This document shows, piece after piece, positions 1-13,233 of a stretch of 64,000 nucleotides of DNA. The position numbers were made by a program, and so were the translations under genes. The notes beneath the pieces are model-generated. The model had not been told where the DNA came from and did no database searches. It saw nothing but the letters and a program-made list of their open reading frames with translations. The stretch is from the NCBI GenBank assembly GCA_002269645.1, contig NIVC01000672.1, positions 186,001 to 250,000 of the forward strand. Reading direction: 5' to 3'. Numbering within the stretch: the stretch's first letter is position 1; each line of letters opens with the position of its first letter. The stretch is from Macrostomum lignano. Taxonomy: Eukaryota.

Positions 1-131
1 CGTGTTCCGGAGCTGATAGAGGATGATTGGGAGTCAAAAATATGTTGTCAAGGTAAAAATTGACAATTTTGCTTTGTCGAGAGCTGCAGACAAATTTTGT
101 TGTGATAATTAAAACTGAAACCTTCGTCTGG

Positions 132-216
132 CACTAAGACAGACACTAAGACAGACACTAAGACAGACACTAAGACAGACACTAAGACAGACAGACAGAC
201 AGACAGACAGACACTA

Positions 217-249
<33 letters not shown>

Positions 250-468
250 CTAAGACAGACACTAAGACAGACACTAAGACAGACACACAGAGAGACAGAC
301 AGACAGACACTAAGACAGACAGACACAAACACACAGACAGATAGACAGACAGACAGACAGACAGACACACAAACACACAGACAGACAGACAGACAGACAG
401 ACACTAAGACAGACACTAAGACAGACACACAGACAGACACACAGACAGACAGACAGACAGACACGCAC

Positions 469-511
<43 letters not shown>

Positions 512-512
512 C

Positions 513-599
<87 letters not shown>

Positions 600-600
600 C

Positions 601-680
<80 letters not shown>
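132..680 (+). repeat. (GACA)n microsatellite with CACTAA interruptions
   Basis: Directly visible. Confidence 0.95.
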
Positions 681-681
<1 letters not shown>

Positions 682-1291
682 AGCAAAGTGAAATAACAGC
701 AGGAACATCCTGTTTTGAGATGCCGGGTCCTTTCGGACCAATTAACCAAGCGCTTATAACTTTGCTTTATTTATTTTGCAGCTCAGGGATGCGAGTTAGC
801 AAAAATTGACTTAGAAAAAATTCCTCTCTGAGTTGGTGTTCGCCCGTCGCGCCGGCCAGCCCACTGGAGCGCAGGTTTCAAACGGTGTTTAAGGTACCAA
901 CATTCTGCGAGCTTGGCGTTTATCCATCGAGTTGGACTTTGCGGTTTCGCATTGTGCAGCAACAACAGATAAACAATGGTTGGGGGGCGGTAAATTTGTT
1001 CTTCAGCTGCTTGCTGATTAATATTCCTGATTTTCAGCTTGAAGAAATTCCCCCAGATGACTGGGCCGAGTTGGACAAGACGACAAAGCTTTGCAACCGG
1101 GACTTGGTGACCAAAGAGGGGGGCAGAGACAAGTTGGAGAAGCAAAATCCAGAGAGTAATTTTGTAACAAATTATGACGGAAACTGCTAGTGAAAAAAGA
1201 CTGCTTTTTTAGACAATGAGGATAAACAGTGAGGATGGAATCCTGGGGCTCACAGCGACAAAGTCAAGGTACCAGAGGTCCTTGAAGCATG

Positions 1292-1885
1292 GTAAGATGC
1301 AGGGAGAGTCAGATGGGAGAGAGACATATCACACAGTGAGATGCAGGGAGAGTCAGATGGGAGAGAGACATATCACACAGTGAGATGCAGGGAGAGGCAG
1401 ATGAGAGGGAGACATACCACATTGAGATGCAGGGAGAGGCAGATGAGAGGGAGACATATCACACAGTGAGATGCAGGGAGAGTCAGATGGGAGAGAGACA
1501 TATCACACAGTGAGATGCAGGGAGAGTCAGATGGGAGAGAGTCATATCACACAGTGAGATGCAGGGAGAGGCAGATGGGAGAGAGACATATCACACAGTG
1601 AGATTCAGGGAGAGTCAGATGGGAGAGAGACATATCACACAGTGAGATGCAGGGAGAGTCAGATGGGAGAGAGTCATATCACACAGTGAGATGCAGGGAG
1701 AGTCAGATGGGAGAGAGACATATCACACAGTGAGATGCAGGGAGAGTCAGATGGGAGAGAGTCATATCACACAGTGAGATGCAGGGAGAGGCAGATGGGA
1801 GAGAGACATATCACACAGTGAGATGCAGGGAGAGGCAGATGAGAGGGAGACATATCACACAGTGAGATGCAGGGAGAGGCAGATG
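1292..1885 (+). repeat. 44-bp minisatellite, ~13 copies (gagatgcagggagagtcagatgggagagagacatatcacacagt)
   Basis: Period 44 (e.g. 1321 and 1365). Confidence 0.92.
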
Positions 1886-2014
1886 TGCAGATAGGAAACA
1901 GCGAGAAACCAGTGAGTAGAGGTAGTGAGGCGGTCAAATTGACTCAAAGATGTCGCAGAGCTCAAATTGTTCAGACTGGGATGCTGAGAAGTAGGAGAGC
2001 CGAAGTCGCGGGCC

Positions 2015-5000
2015 TCAGATGAGCGGCGACTTGTCCACCAGGCTGAGGTTCAGCTGCTGCGCCTTGTCGGCGGCTCGGGCGATGGCGCAGCGGCGCAGGG
2101 CGAGGCCGGCCGCGACCGCCACGGCCAGCAGGGCCAGCAGCGCTAGGGCGGCCACGGCGACGGCCGCGACGGTGGCGGTGCGCAGGCGGTGCCGGTCGGC
2201 GCGCTCGGCTGCAACCGGGCGGCGGTGGGGGGGGGAGGCGGTTGGAAGTCGGGCTGCGACCCGCCCGCTGAGTTCGAGTCCCCTCCCTGCCTCTCCATAT
2301 CCCGTAGAGCGTAGAGTGCTATTAAGTACGAGGCGCTGAGGGCTTCCACCCGGTCACACGGTGGGAGTTCGGCTTCCTGCCGCGCAGCACGCCAGGCCCA
2401 CTTCCGTCCGCCTGCTGGCTCTGATTTTGCATTGTTACTCGACTACTCATTAACCTATACGCTTATATTTTGTCTTATTTTTTGCACTTTGCAGGCTCTT
2501 AGAAGGCACATTAACTTTGGATGCATCCGACTCCTCTTTAGCCACGTGTCTGCACCTGGCAGTCGGTGGCTCGCTTCTAAGTGCGTTACACATCGGCAAC
2601 AGCAGTCATGTCAGTGCTTGGGATTTGGGGTGATCGCATGTCTCTCCCTCTTTCCCCCTCTCCCATCTTCCCTCTCCCTCTCAGTCTCCCTCTCTATCTC
2701 CCTCTCCCCTCTCTCACCCTCTCACCCTCCCTCTCTCTACCTCCTTCTCCCTTTCCCTCTCCCCCTCTCTCCCTCTCCCTCTCCCTCTCCCTGTCTCTCT
2801 CCCTCCCTGTCTCTACCTCCTTCTCTCTCTCCTTCTCCCTCTCTCTTTCCCTTTCTCACTTCCCCTCTTCCCCCTCTTGCCCTCTCTACCTCCCTTCCTT
2901 CCCTCTCCGATCCTCTCCTCCGACTCTCACCTCTTTGCCTTCCCGTATCCCTCTCTCTGCCTCTCCATATCTCGTTGTCATTCCTTCTCCCAATTTTGAG
3001 ACAGCTGCATCTCCCTCGGTGACCCTGTGACTTTCTTCTCGCCGTCTCGCAGCATTGCACGGCTTTAAAGTTCGCGGGGTTCGAATCACTGCTTGGCAGC
3101 CCCCCCCCTCCCAGGACTCCCAGGACTCTCAGTGCGACCCCGGCTGGCCCCCAAGCGCCAAGGCGTCTCCGGCTTCAAGTCTTTGACAAACAAAGCGCAT
3201 TCGGTCGTGCCGGACACCTCAGAGCGCTGACACGTAAACTGTGAGCAGAAATGCAGGGAGGGAGAGGTCGCTTCCGTCCTTGTGTTTTAGCTCTGCGGCA
3301 GAGGGGGTAGGGAGTTGACTCCACTCCGAAAGAAGAGTTTTTTCTCGTAATTCTCAAACCCCCCAATGCCCCAACACAAGATTTTGCGGTTTGCTCAGAT
3401 TTTCTGGTCAGAAATAGTCGCTGAGCTGGCTGACTGGTTGTAATGGTTGTGCTGTGTGGAGGAATAAGTGGCAGTCAGTCCATTATACGGCTCGTGTGAG
3501 AGCAGGAATAGATTGCTAATCCATTGCTAATCCATTGCTAATCCATTGCTAATCCATTGCTAATCCATTGCTAATCCATTGCTAATCCATTGCTAATCCG
3601 TTGCTAATCCATTGCTAATCCATTGCTAATCCATTGCTAATCCGTTGCTAATCCATTGCTAATCCATTGCTAATCCATTGCTAATCCATTGCTAATCCAT
3701 TGCATAGGAGCAGGGAATGGATTGCTAATCCATTGCTAATCCATTGCATAGGAGCAGGGAATGGATTGCTAATCCATTGCTAATCCATTGCATAGGAGCA
3801 GGGAATGGATTGCTAATCCATTGCTAATCCATTGCATAGGAGCAGGGAATGGATTGCTAATCCATTGCTAATCCATTGCATGGGAGCAGGGAATGGATTG
3901 CTAATCCATTGCATAGGAGCAGGGAATGGATTGCTAATCCATTGCATAGGAGCAGGGAATGGATTGCTAATCCATTGCTAATGCATTGCATAGGAGCAGG
4001 GAATGGATTGCTAATCCGTTGCTAATCCATTGCTAATCCATTGCTAATACATTGCATGGGAGCAGGGAATGGATTGCTAATCCATTGCTAATCCATGGCA
4101 TGGGAGCAGGAGTGGATTGCTAATCCATTGCATGGGAGCAGGAGTGGCTTGCAAATCCATTGCATGGGAGCAGGAATGGATTGCTAATCCATTGCTAATC
4201 CAGTGCATGCTATCGGAAGTGGAACTGGTTGGTCCGACATTCCGTGTTTGCGTCCCGAGCTCCCACTTGACTGCAGTGCACTTTCGCCAGCAGCGCAACA
4301 CGCAACACGCAGAGTTGCACTTTTAGCTGCCATCACGGCTGCGTCATGGCGCCCCCGCGGCTTCTTCGGGGCTCCTTGAAATGCCAGTCGCGGCAGACGC
4401 ACTTTCAGACTGGGCATTCCTCCCGGCGCGGGTGATGGGATATTTGGGATATTTGTTTGCGGAGCGTCGGGCTGGCTGCGCGCCGCGGGGAGCCCGAGCC
4501 GATGACGGACAGAGGCTGAGGGCGGGCAGGAAGCAGGCCGGGCCAGAATACCTGCAGTTACCGTCTTCTGCTGCTGATCCGTGCCAATCTGCAGCTGGGT
4601 TGATGCTAGGGGGGGGGGGACTTCCGCCAACGCGAACTTTCCAATCCTGGGAAATTCTGCGCGACCCGCTGAGGCAAATTAGGGACTGCCGGCCTTTGCG
4701 GCCTCGGCTGCAAATTCTTGGCGGTGGAATTCATGAGGATGCGAATCTGTGAGGATGCGAATCTGTGAGGATGTGAATCTGTGAGGATGTGAATCTGTGA
4801 GGATGTGAATCTGTGAGGATGCGAATCTGTGAGGATGCGAATCTGTGAGGATGTGAATCTGTGAGGATGCGAATCTGTAAGAATGTGAATCTGTGAGAAT
4901 GTGAATCTGTGAGGATGCGAATCTGTGAGGATGCGAATCTGTAAGGATGCGAATCTGTGAGAATGTGAATCTGTGAGAATGCGAATCTGTAAGGATGCGA

Positions 5001-8000
5001 ATCTGTGAGAATGTGAATCTGTGAGAATGCGAATCTGTAAGGATGCGAATCTGTGAGAATGTGAATCTGTGAGGATGCGAATCTGTGAGGATGTGAATCT
5101 GTGAGGATGTGAATCTGTGAGGATGTGAATCTGTGAGGATGTGAATCTGTGAGGATGCGAATCTGTAAGGATGCGAATCTGTGAGAATGTGAATCTGTGA
5201 GGATGCGAATCTGTGAGGATGTGAATCTGTGAGGATGTGAATCTGTGAGGATGTGAATCTGTGAGGATGTGAATCTGTGAGGATGTGAATCTGTGAGGAT
5301 GTGAATCTGTGAGGATGTGAATGCATGAGGATTTGAATCTACGAGGATGGGAATGTATGAGGCTGTGGATCAATGAGACGGTGAATTTATAGCTGCGATG
5401 ACTCGCTAGTACTCCAAACCGGCATTTTAATCCCCCCCGGGAGCCGGTTGACATTCCAGAGCTCGATGGGGGGGTCATAAAACACCTGGGCAGACCGGCA
5501 TCAGGCCTGGCGATTCGAAGACTGTAAAGCAGTTTTACAACGCCGCCTCGGACGCTTCCCCGATCCGAACTCGGGTAGTTTGCGCAGGGCCATTGTCGAA
5601 AAGGTCAAGCCTTCACTTCGCCTCTCCCTTACTTTTCAATGTAGCTCGTAGTATCTCATACAGTCTACTTATACCCTACTTGGTTAGTAGAGTAGGGCGA
5701 GCGAATTGCCTTTTCTTGCTTACCGCGCAGCAGCGAGCACAGCAGGGAGCCCTCGTCATTGCTGGTGGCGTTGACCCCGGCGCCGCAGTCCTGAACTCCG
5801 TCGCAGATTCGGCTCCGGCCGACGCATCGAGTGCTCTGGTCGCACTTCAGGTAGCAGTCGGATTCTGCGAGGTTCACTGTTGTGCATTTATCATTGCCGA
5901 GTGCCAGCCAGTCTCAGCTGGGATGCAACTACCCGGGCCGAACTACCAAGTCCTATCGGCAAGTGGCGCTGCGTGGGAACTGAGCTACTGGCTACAATAG
6001 TTACTGCACTTGACTGCAGACAGGGGGAGCTGAGCTACTGACTACAATAGTTACTGCACTTGACTGCAGACAGAAGGAGCTGAGCTACTGACTACAATAG
6101 TTACTGCACTTGACTGCAGACAGGGGGAGCTGAGCTACTGACTACAATAGTTACTGCACTTGACTGCAGACAGGGGGAGCTGAGCTACTGACTACAATAG
6201 TTACTGCACTTGACTGCAGACAGGGGGAGCTGAGCTACTGACTACAATAGTTACTGCACTTGACTGCAGACAGGGGGAACTGAGCTACTGACTACAATAG
6301 TTACTGCACTTGACTGCAGACAGGGGGAGCTGAGCTACTGACTACAATAGTTACTGCACTTGACTGCAGACAGGGGGAGCTGAGCTACTGACTACAATAG
6401 TTACTGCACTTGACTGCAGACAGGGGGAGCTGAGCTACTGACTACAATAGTTACTGCACTTGACTGCAGACAGGGGGAGCTGAGCTACTGACTACAATAG
6501 TTACTGCACTTGACTGCAGACAGGGGGAACTGAGCTACTGGCTACAATAGTTACTGCACTTGACTGCAGACAGGGGGAGCTGAGCTACTGACTACAATAG
6601 TTACTGCACTTGACTGCAGACAGGGGGAGCTGAGCTACTGACTACAATAGTTACTGCACTTGACTGCAGACAGGGGGAGCTGAGCTACTGACTACAATAG
6701 TTACTGCACTTGACTGCAGACAGGGGGAGCTGAGCTACTGACTACAATAGTTACTGCACTTGACTGCAGACAGGGGGAGCTGAGCTACTGACTACAATAG
6801 TTACTGCACTTGACTGCAGACAGGGGGAGCTGAGCTACTGACTACAATAGTTACTGCACTTGACTGCAGACAGGGGGAGCTGAGCTACTGACTACAATAG
6901 TTACTGCACTTGACTGCAGACAGGGGGAGCTGAGCTACTGACTACAATAGTTACTGCACTTGACTGCAGACAGGGGGAGCTGAGCTACTGACTACAATAG
7001 TTACTGCACTTGACTGCAGACAGGAATCAATTTTTTCGACATTACTTTAAAAAGTATTCTTTGTTCGTTATAAACTGGAAATGAAAACAAGACCACTTCT
7101 CTGCACTAATGGCGGCTTCTCATGGACAGATAAGCATTCGATAAGCTGTCAGTCTCGCACAGCCCAGGCACGCACAGAGGGCACGGGGCATGCGGAGGGA
7201 CAAAGTCGAAACCAGGCGCAAATGAGAGACACGTGGCAGACACAGACTCGGTGGGAACAAAGGCTCACAGCTGGCAAGAAAGCACTCAGTAGACAAAGTC
7301 TCTCGGCAGACACAAAGGCACTCGGCAGACACAAAGGCACTCGGCAGACACAAAGGCACAAAGGCAGGCACAAAGGCACTCGGCAGGCACAAAGGCACTC
7401 GGCAGACACAAAGTCACTCGGCCTTCACAAAGGCACTCGGCAGACACAAAGGCACTCGGCAGACACAAAGGCACTCAGGAGGCACAAAAGAACTCGGCAG
7501 ACACAAAGGCACTCGGCAGACACAAAGGCACTCGGCAGACACAAAGGCACTCGGCAGACACAAAGGCACTCGGCAGGCACAAAGGCACTCGGCAGACACA
7601 AAGGCACTCGGCAGACAAAAAGGCACTCGGCAGACACAAAGGCACAAAGGCAACGCTAGCCCGAATCCAGTTAATCCTCACCGGTGTCCCCACTGGGCGG
7701 CAGCGTCTCCAGCAGGAGGTGTACAGCAGCCTGGCCCGTGTTGTTGACGGGCATCACGATGTCCACGTGGGGCGCAGAGCCCAGCGCCGAGACGCTGGCG
7801 AAGGCGTGCGTCACCGAGCAGAGCGCGCAGGTCATGGAGACGCCGGCGCCGCTGTAGTCGATGTCCTGCACCACCACGGCCGGAGCGGCGGCCGGGCAGA
7901 GGGCGACCGACGCCTCGGCGCTTGGCAGGCGGCCCACCGAGTTGTCGCAGCGGACCTGGTGCGCCTGGCCGACGCTCAGCGCGTGGCCGCCGCTCAGCGC

Positions 8001-8806
8001 GTGGCCGCTGCTCACCATGGCCATGCCGGAGCCGTCCGCGTGCCGGCCGCCGGCCGGGCTCAGGCTGTGCAACGGGCCGGTGGAAATCTGCAGGCTGCCG
8101 CCGCGCCTCGAAGCCGCAAACTCGGCGAGGCTGCCGCGGACGATGACATGGCTGAGCTCGCGGCAACGGCCGGAGTGCTGGGCAATGAGCTCGTGCGCAT
8201 TGGGCACCAAGATCTCCTGGATGTTGGCCTTGCGTCTCTCCACCCAGCGGGCCTCCAAGTCCACGCAGATGGCGCCGGGCTCGCACTGGTTGCAGCCTGC
8301 GCAGGCCGGCAGGCGGGGGCGGGCGGTCAGCTGAGTGCAGTTTTTACAGAGGAGCTAAAAATAGTCTGCCAGCGGCTTCTTTTTGCGCCAGTTTCATTTC
8401 CAATTTGTTGCTTATTTTCGACCTTGAGGGAATTCCCTAGATGGAATTTGCGTCTCTGTTTTTGCGCTTCTACGGCTGCAGTTTTCACTTGCTTCTGTTT
8501 TCTGATGCAAGGCCCCGGCCGAGATTTAGTCAAACCGAAGCCATGAAAGATATTTCCACTGGTGCATCGCCAAGAGGGGTCATGGACCCCCCCCCTCGCC
8601 AGTCAAGTTTTGAATCTAAATTTTTACAATTGCCAAAAAAAGTTGATAGAAAGGCGACTTTAAAAGATTCAGAGAACACTTTCAGCTCGTGCTAAAAAAG
8701 ATCGCCAAATACTGGACTCGAACTCACCAGCATCTTCAGCGCCGGCGATGGTCGTCAGGGCCACCGCAACCAGGCAACAGCTCAGGCAGCTGAGAGTCTT
8801 CACCAT
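2015..8806 (-). CDS. Single-pass type I membrane protein: signal peptide, ~205-aa unrecognised (possibly CUB-like) ectodomain, one LDL-receptor class A module, TM helix, short tail (342 aa, 4 exons)
   Basis: Exons 8806-8728 (MVKTLSCLSCCLVAVALTTIAGAEDA), 8296-7682, 5864-5724 (ESDCYLKCDQSTRCVGRSRICDGVQDCGAGVNATSNDEGSLLC: 6-Cys LDLa with CDGxxDC and DE), 2208-2015 (TATVAAVAVAALALLALLAVAVAAGLAL-RR TM, tail ending DKSPLI*). All three introns are GT-AG and phase 1; total 1029 nt. Confidence 0.85.
2641..2990 (+). repeat. Degenerate CT-rich polypyrimidine tract in LDLa-gene intron 3
   Basis: Directly visible. Confidence 0.85.
3512..4200 (+). repeat. 11-bp ATTGCTAATCC array with higher-order gcataggagcagggaatgg inserts
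   Basis: Directly visible. Confidence 0.92.
4735..5325 (+). repeat. 16-bp minisatellite GAATCTGTGAGGATGY, ~37 copies
   Basis: Directly visible. Confidence 0.92.
5977..7023 (+). repeat. 50-bp minisatellite, ~21 near-identical copies
   Basis: Unit ttactgcacttgactgcagacagggggagctgagctactgactacaatag. Confidence 0.95.
7303..7650 (+). repeat. 19-bp minisatellite cggcagacacaaaggcact
   Basis: Directly visible; starts ~30 nt into intron 2 of the LDLa gene. Confidence 0.92.
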
Positions 8807-9149
8807 CGAGTATTGTTGAATAGCTTGAGTTCTGAGGAACTGCTCAAGAGAGGCTGGAGAAAGCGGAGGACGGGAAGCTGAGCGCAGCGGATGCGGCATT
8901 GCGATACCCGCGCCGGGTGGTCTTATGTGTTCGCGAGCAGCGGGGCCGCCCCTACTCCGCTCCCCCTGCCAATTGCGGACTGCCATTGTTCTGCAGCTGC
9001 TGGTAGCCCGGCTGGCCGACTTATTGGCCCCCACGGCTGTGTAGGGTGGGCGAGGGAGAGAGGGGAGAGCCCGCGGGACAGGGCTGTGCGGGGGCGGACA
9101 CTGGCTGCAAAGCAAATGACTTTGGGACAGATACTAAGACATTGAGGCG

Positions 9150-9471
9150 CAGACAAACGGACGGACGGAAGGACTGACGAACAGACAGACAGACCGACAG
9201 ACAGACAGACAGGCAGACGGACAGATAGACAGAAAGACAGACAGACAGACAGACAGACCGACAGACAGACAGACAGGCAGACGGACAGATAGACAGAAAG
9301 ACAGACAGACACACAGACCGACAGACAGACAGACAGGCAGACGGACAGATAGACAGAAAGACAGACAGACAGACACACAGACAGACAGACAGACACACAG
9401 ACAGACAGACAGACAGACAGACACACAGACACACAGACAGACAGACAGACAGACTGACAGACAGACAGACT

Positions 9472-9533
<62 letters not shown>

Positions 9534-9534
9534 A

Positions 9535-9568
<34 letters not shown>

Positions 9569-9706
9569 GCAGACAGACAGGCAGACAGACAGACAGACAG
9601 ACACACAGACAGACAGACAGACACATAGACACACAGACAGACAGACAGACACACAGACAGACAGACAGACAGACAGACAGACTGACAGACAGACAGACAG
9701 GCAGGC

Positions 9707-9759
<53 letters not shown>

Positions 9760-9996
9760 GGCAGACAGACAGGCAGACAGACAGACAGACACACAAACAC
9801 ACAGACACACAGACAGACAGACAGACAGACTGACAGACAGACAGACAGGCAGACAGACAGGCAGACAGACAGACAGACAGACACACAGACAGACAAACAG
9901 ACAGACAGACAGGCAGACAGACAGGCAGACAGACAGACAGACAGACACACAGACAGACAGACAGACACATAGACACACAGACAGACAGACAGACAC

Positions 9997-10060
<64 letters not shown>

Positions 10061-10062
10061 GC

Positions 10063-10095
<33 letters not shown>

Positions 10096-10136
10096 GGCAG
10101 ACAGACAGGCAGACAGACAGACAGACACACAAACAC

Positions 10137-10209
<73 letters not shown>

Positions 10210-10233
10210 TAGACAGACAAACAGACGGACAGA
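9150..10233 (+). repeat. (GACA)n/(GGCA) microsatellite, ~1.1 kb
   Basis: Directly visible. Confidence 0.95.
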
Positions 10234-10630
10234 CATTCAGTACGGCTCTGCAAAAGAACTCAAGCGCTCGACATTCTGGTTTCTCCTGGCGGCTCAGAAA
10301 TGGGGAAAAGTATTGCATTTTTTACATTGATTATCTGACCACCTCGGCTGCCTTGAATGCAGTTGACGAGGAACTTGATTTGGCCATAAATGGTTCAGGC
10401 TACATGGGAGCAGTCCTGCAGCTTACCGCCTTTATCCCGCTGAGCAGCACTGAGCTTTCTTTGGTCGCCGCACCGCCGCTCTCCCGGTTGCTTGGCTGAA
10501 TTTTAGCAACACCCAAAATCGATACATTCGATAGATCTTTGCCGCCCTGGCTGCCCACTGGAACCGCCATGCGTGCTGTAAAATGCTATAAAACCTCTGA
10601 AGCCGCTCTTAGGGGGGGTCAATCTCTGAC

Positions 10631-12364
10631 TTGATTTTGAGCCAGTTTTTCGGCATGCAGCCGTCGGATACTGGAGTGAGCTCCGGGCCGCCCGCCGCGG
10701 CGGCAGAGGAACAGTCGGTGCTGGCTGCTGAAGATCCAAACTGGGATCCGGTGGAGACCGTGCAGCACCAGCTTGTCAGCGGCGATTCTGACAGCACTGT
10801 GGAAGAGTGCACTGGGAGCCAGGAGGTTAAAGGAGCGACAGGCGGGAAGCGGCAGCCAGCTGGAGTGACAGGCGCTGGTGAGCAGCTACCAGCTGGAGTG
10901 ACAGGCGCTGGTGAGCAGCTACCGGCTGGAGTGACAGGCGCTGGTGAGCAGCTAACGGCTGGAGTGACAGGCGCTGGTGAGCAGCTACCGGCTGGAGTGA
11001 CAGGCGCTGGTGAGCAGCTACCGGCTGGAGTGACAGGCGCTGGTGAGCAGCTACCTGCCAGAGTGACAGGCGATAAGCAGCAGCCAGCTGGAGTGACAGG
11101 CGGTAAGCAGCAGCCAGCCGGAGTGACAGGCGGTAAGCAGCAGCCAGCCGGAGTGACAGGCGGTAAGCAGCAGCCAGCTGGAGTGACAGGCGGCAAGCAG
11201 CAGCCAGTCGGAGTGACAGGCGGTAAACAGCAGCCAGCCAGAGTGACAGGCGGTAAACAGCAGCCAGCCGGAGTGACAGGTCCCCGAGGCGCTGCCGCAG
11301 CGAAGACCCACCGAGCCTCATCGGCTGCACCTTCTCAGACGCGCCTGTCGGGCAACGGCGGACGTCGCGGCTTTAGTGGCTCTGAGGGGCAGCTGACGGA
11401 GGCTGCCGTGGCAGGCGGGAGAAGCAGAAAGGGCAGCAGCAGCCGCAGCTCAGACTCTGGCACGAGTGTGGCTAAGATTTTTAGCAATAGAAGTCCGGCT
11501 ACTAGACCTGCAACCATCAACAAGGCTGCTTCTAAAAGTACAGACACCGGCAAAGGACTTCTTAAAAGTACAGACACCAGCAAAGGACCTGTTAAAAGTA
11601 CAGGCACCGGCAAGGGACCTGCTAACGGTTCAGGAACCAGCAAAGGACCTGCTAAAAGTGCAGGAACCAGCAAAGGACCTTCTAAAAGTACAGACACCGG
11701 CAAAGGACCTGCTAAAAGTTCAGACACCGGAAAAGGACCTGTTAAAAGTACAAGCACCGGCAAGGGACCTGCTAACAGTGCAGGAACCAGCAAAGGACCT
11801 GCTAAAAGTACAGACACCGCCAAAGGACCTGTTAAAAGTACAGACACCGGAAAAGGACCTGTTAAAAGTACAGACACCGGCAAAGGACCTGCTAAAAGTG
11901 CAGGAACCAGCAAAGGACCTTCTAAAAGTACAGACACCGGCAAAGGACCTGTTAAAAGTACAGACACCGGCAAAGGACCTGCTAAAAGTACAGACACCGG
12001 CAAAGGACCTGTTAAAAGTACAGGCACCGGCAAGGGACCTGCTAACAGTACAGACACCGGCAAAGGACCTGCTAAAAGTACAGACACCAGCAAAGGACCT
12101 GTTAAAAGTACAAGCACCGGCAAGGGACCTGCTAACAGTGCAGGAACCAGCAAAGGACCTGCTAAAAGTACAGGCACCGGCAAAGGACCTTCTAAAAGTA
12201 CAGAAACCAGCGCCAAATGCTCTAAAGATATCCGTAAAGCAGCTCCTGCCTCAACTGATGCAATTTCCTGTGCAGCAGCTGACGAAGTAGAGGTGGGCGG
12301 AGGCGGCCGAGAGCCGGGGCGGATGGCAAGTCAGGTGATTCGGGGCAGCGGGGATGGTGGATAA
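10631..12364 (+). CDS. Long low-complexity ORF (first ATG 10655) built from in-frame tandem repeats: AGEQLPAGVTG (33 bp), GKQQPAGVTG (30 bp), KGPxKSTxTG (30 bp)
   Basis: 577 codons open. Repeat units are multiples of 3, and the unique segments before, between and after the arrays stay in frame. No recognisable domain, and the antisense frame is also partly open, so coding status is unproven. Confidence 0.4.
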   Translation: MILSQFFGMQPSDTGVSSGPPAAAAEEQSVLAAEDPNWDPVETVQHQLVSGDSDSTVEECTGSQEVKGATGGKRQPAGVTGAGEQLPAGVTGAGEQLPAGVTGAGEQLTAGVTGAGEQLPAGVTGAGEQLPAGVTGAGEQLPARVTGDKQQPAGVTGGKQQPAGVTGGKQQPAGVTGGKQQPAGVTGGKQQPVGVTGGKQQPARVTGGKQQPAGVTGPRGAAAAKTHRASSAAPSQTRLSGNGGRRGFSGSEGQLTEAAVAGGRSRKGSSSRSSDSGTSVAKIFSNRSPATRPATINKAASKSTDTGKGLLKSTDTSKGPVKSTGTGKGPANGSGTSKGPAKSAGTSKGPSKSTDTGKGPAKSSDTGKGPVKSTSTGKGPANSAGTSKGPAKSTDTAKGPVKSTDTGKGPVKSTDTGKGPAKSAGTSKGPSKSTDTGKGPVKSTDTGKGPAKSTDTGKGPVKSTGTGKGPANSTDTGKGPAKSTDTSKGPVKSTSTGKGPANSAGTSKGPAKSTGTGKGPSKSTETSAKCSKDIRKAAPASTDAISCAAADEVEVGGGGREPGRMASQVIRGSGDGG

Positions 12365-13233
12365 TCGGGGAAAATAAACGGGGGCGGAGATTAAAGTCTC
12401 AAATTGGATTTAGGGCGGGTCCTGCTCCAATTTCAGGCCAGCGACTCCCCCCCCAGCTCCCATTAGGCGCACCTCTCAGGTCTGATTGCCCCTGCCTGAC
12501 GTCAGCAGGCGGTGGGGATCGGTTTGCCTGAAGCGGATATTTTGGAAGACCCAATCGCTACGTGATTGCAGTCCTCTTCAATGGATCATCGACCGCTGGG
12601 GTCTGTTGACAGACCGAGCAGCTCTAAAGCGACTCAGACTAAAAATAGCAGCTTAATAGCATTTTCTCCCTTTTGTCTGAATTTTTTTCTCGTTGTCAAA
12701 ATTCGGCTGGCTGGAAAATTGGGCACTTTTTAGTGCTGTTTTTAGATTTGTCCGTCTCTCTGTCATCGCGTCCTTCGGGCTCTCGGCTGCCGTAAACACG
12801 GCACTCCTGCGGGACATCCTGCCAGATGTCACTGAGTCTAATCAAGTTAGAGTTTCACAAATCGAAATTCGATGGCAGCGCAAACACTGCGGAGGCGTTG
12901 GGGGTGGGGGGCGCCCTGATCTCGCCTGCGCTTGCGGATGACATGGAAACTGGAGGCTTGAAAAATGATTAAAAATTGACATTCGTTTGAGATTGTTTCT
13001 TTTGAGTCTTGCCGTTTTATTTTTATTTTGTTTATTGCCGCTCAACCTCTGTACCCTCCTATGCACCCCCTATATCCTCCTGCTATACCCTCCTCTATAC
13101 CCTCTCTCTATACCCTCCCTCTCTCCCCTCCTTCCCTCCTCTACTCCCCTAGCATTTTTCACAGAATCCTGAGTTCATATTTTTCTTGAGCCATTCGAAT
13201 AACATTCGAGCTCCTTGCCACCACCTTTTGCAG

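Noticed and set aside
1-1291. Possible small exons at the window start (1-52 [17 protein letters not shown]; 782-831; 1039-1190; 1213-1291)
   Set aside because: Splice signals and short open frames exist on both strands, but there is no recognisable product and no unique consistent chain.
4184-4752. GC-rich ORFs between two arrays in LDLa-gene intron 3
   Set aside because: The LDLa exon splices in phase directly to the TM exon, and these frames show no domain or clear splice pair.
5977-7023. Regular arrays (50-, 37-, 23-, 26-bp) superficially like CRISPR
   Set aside because: Units are head-to-tail with no unique spacers, no cas genes, and the context is eukaryotic.
7719-8546. 275-aa plus-strand ORF and other overlapping ORFs
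   Set aside because: Antisense shadows of the GC-rich LDLa-gene exon 2.
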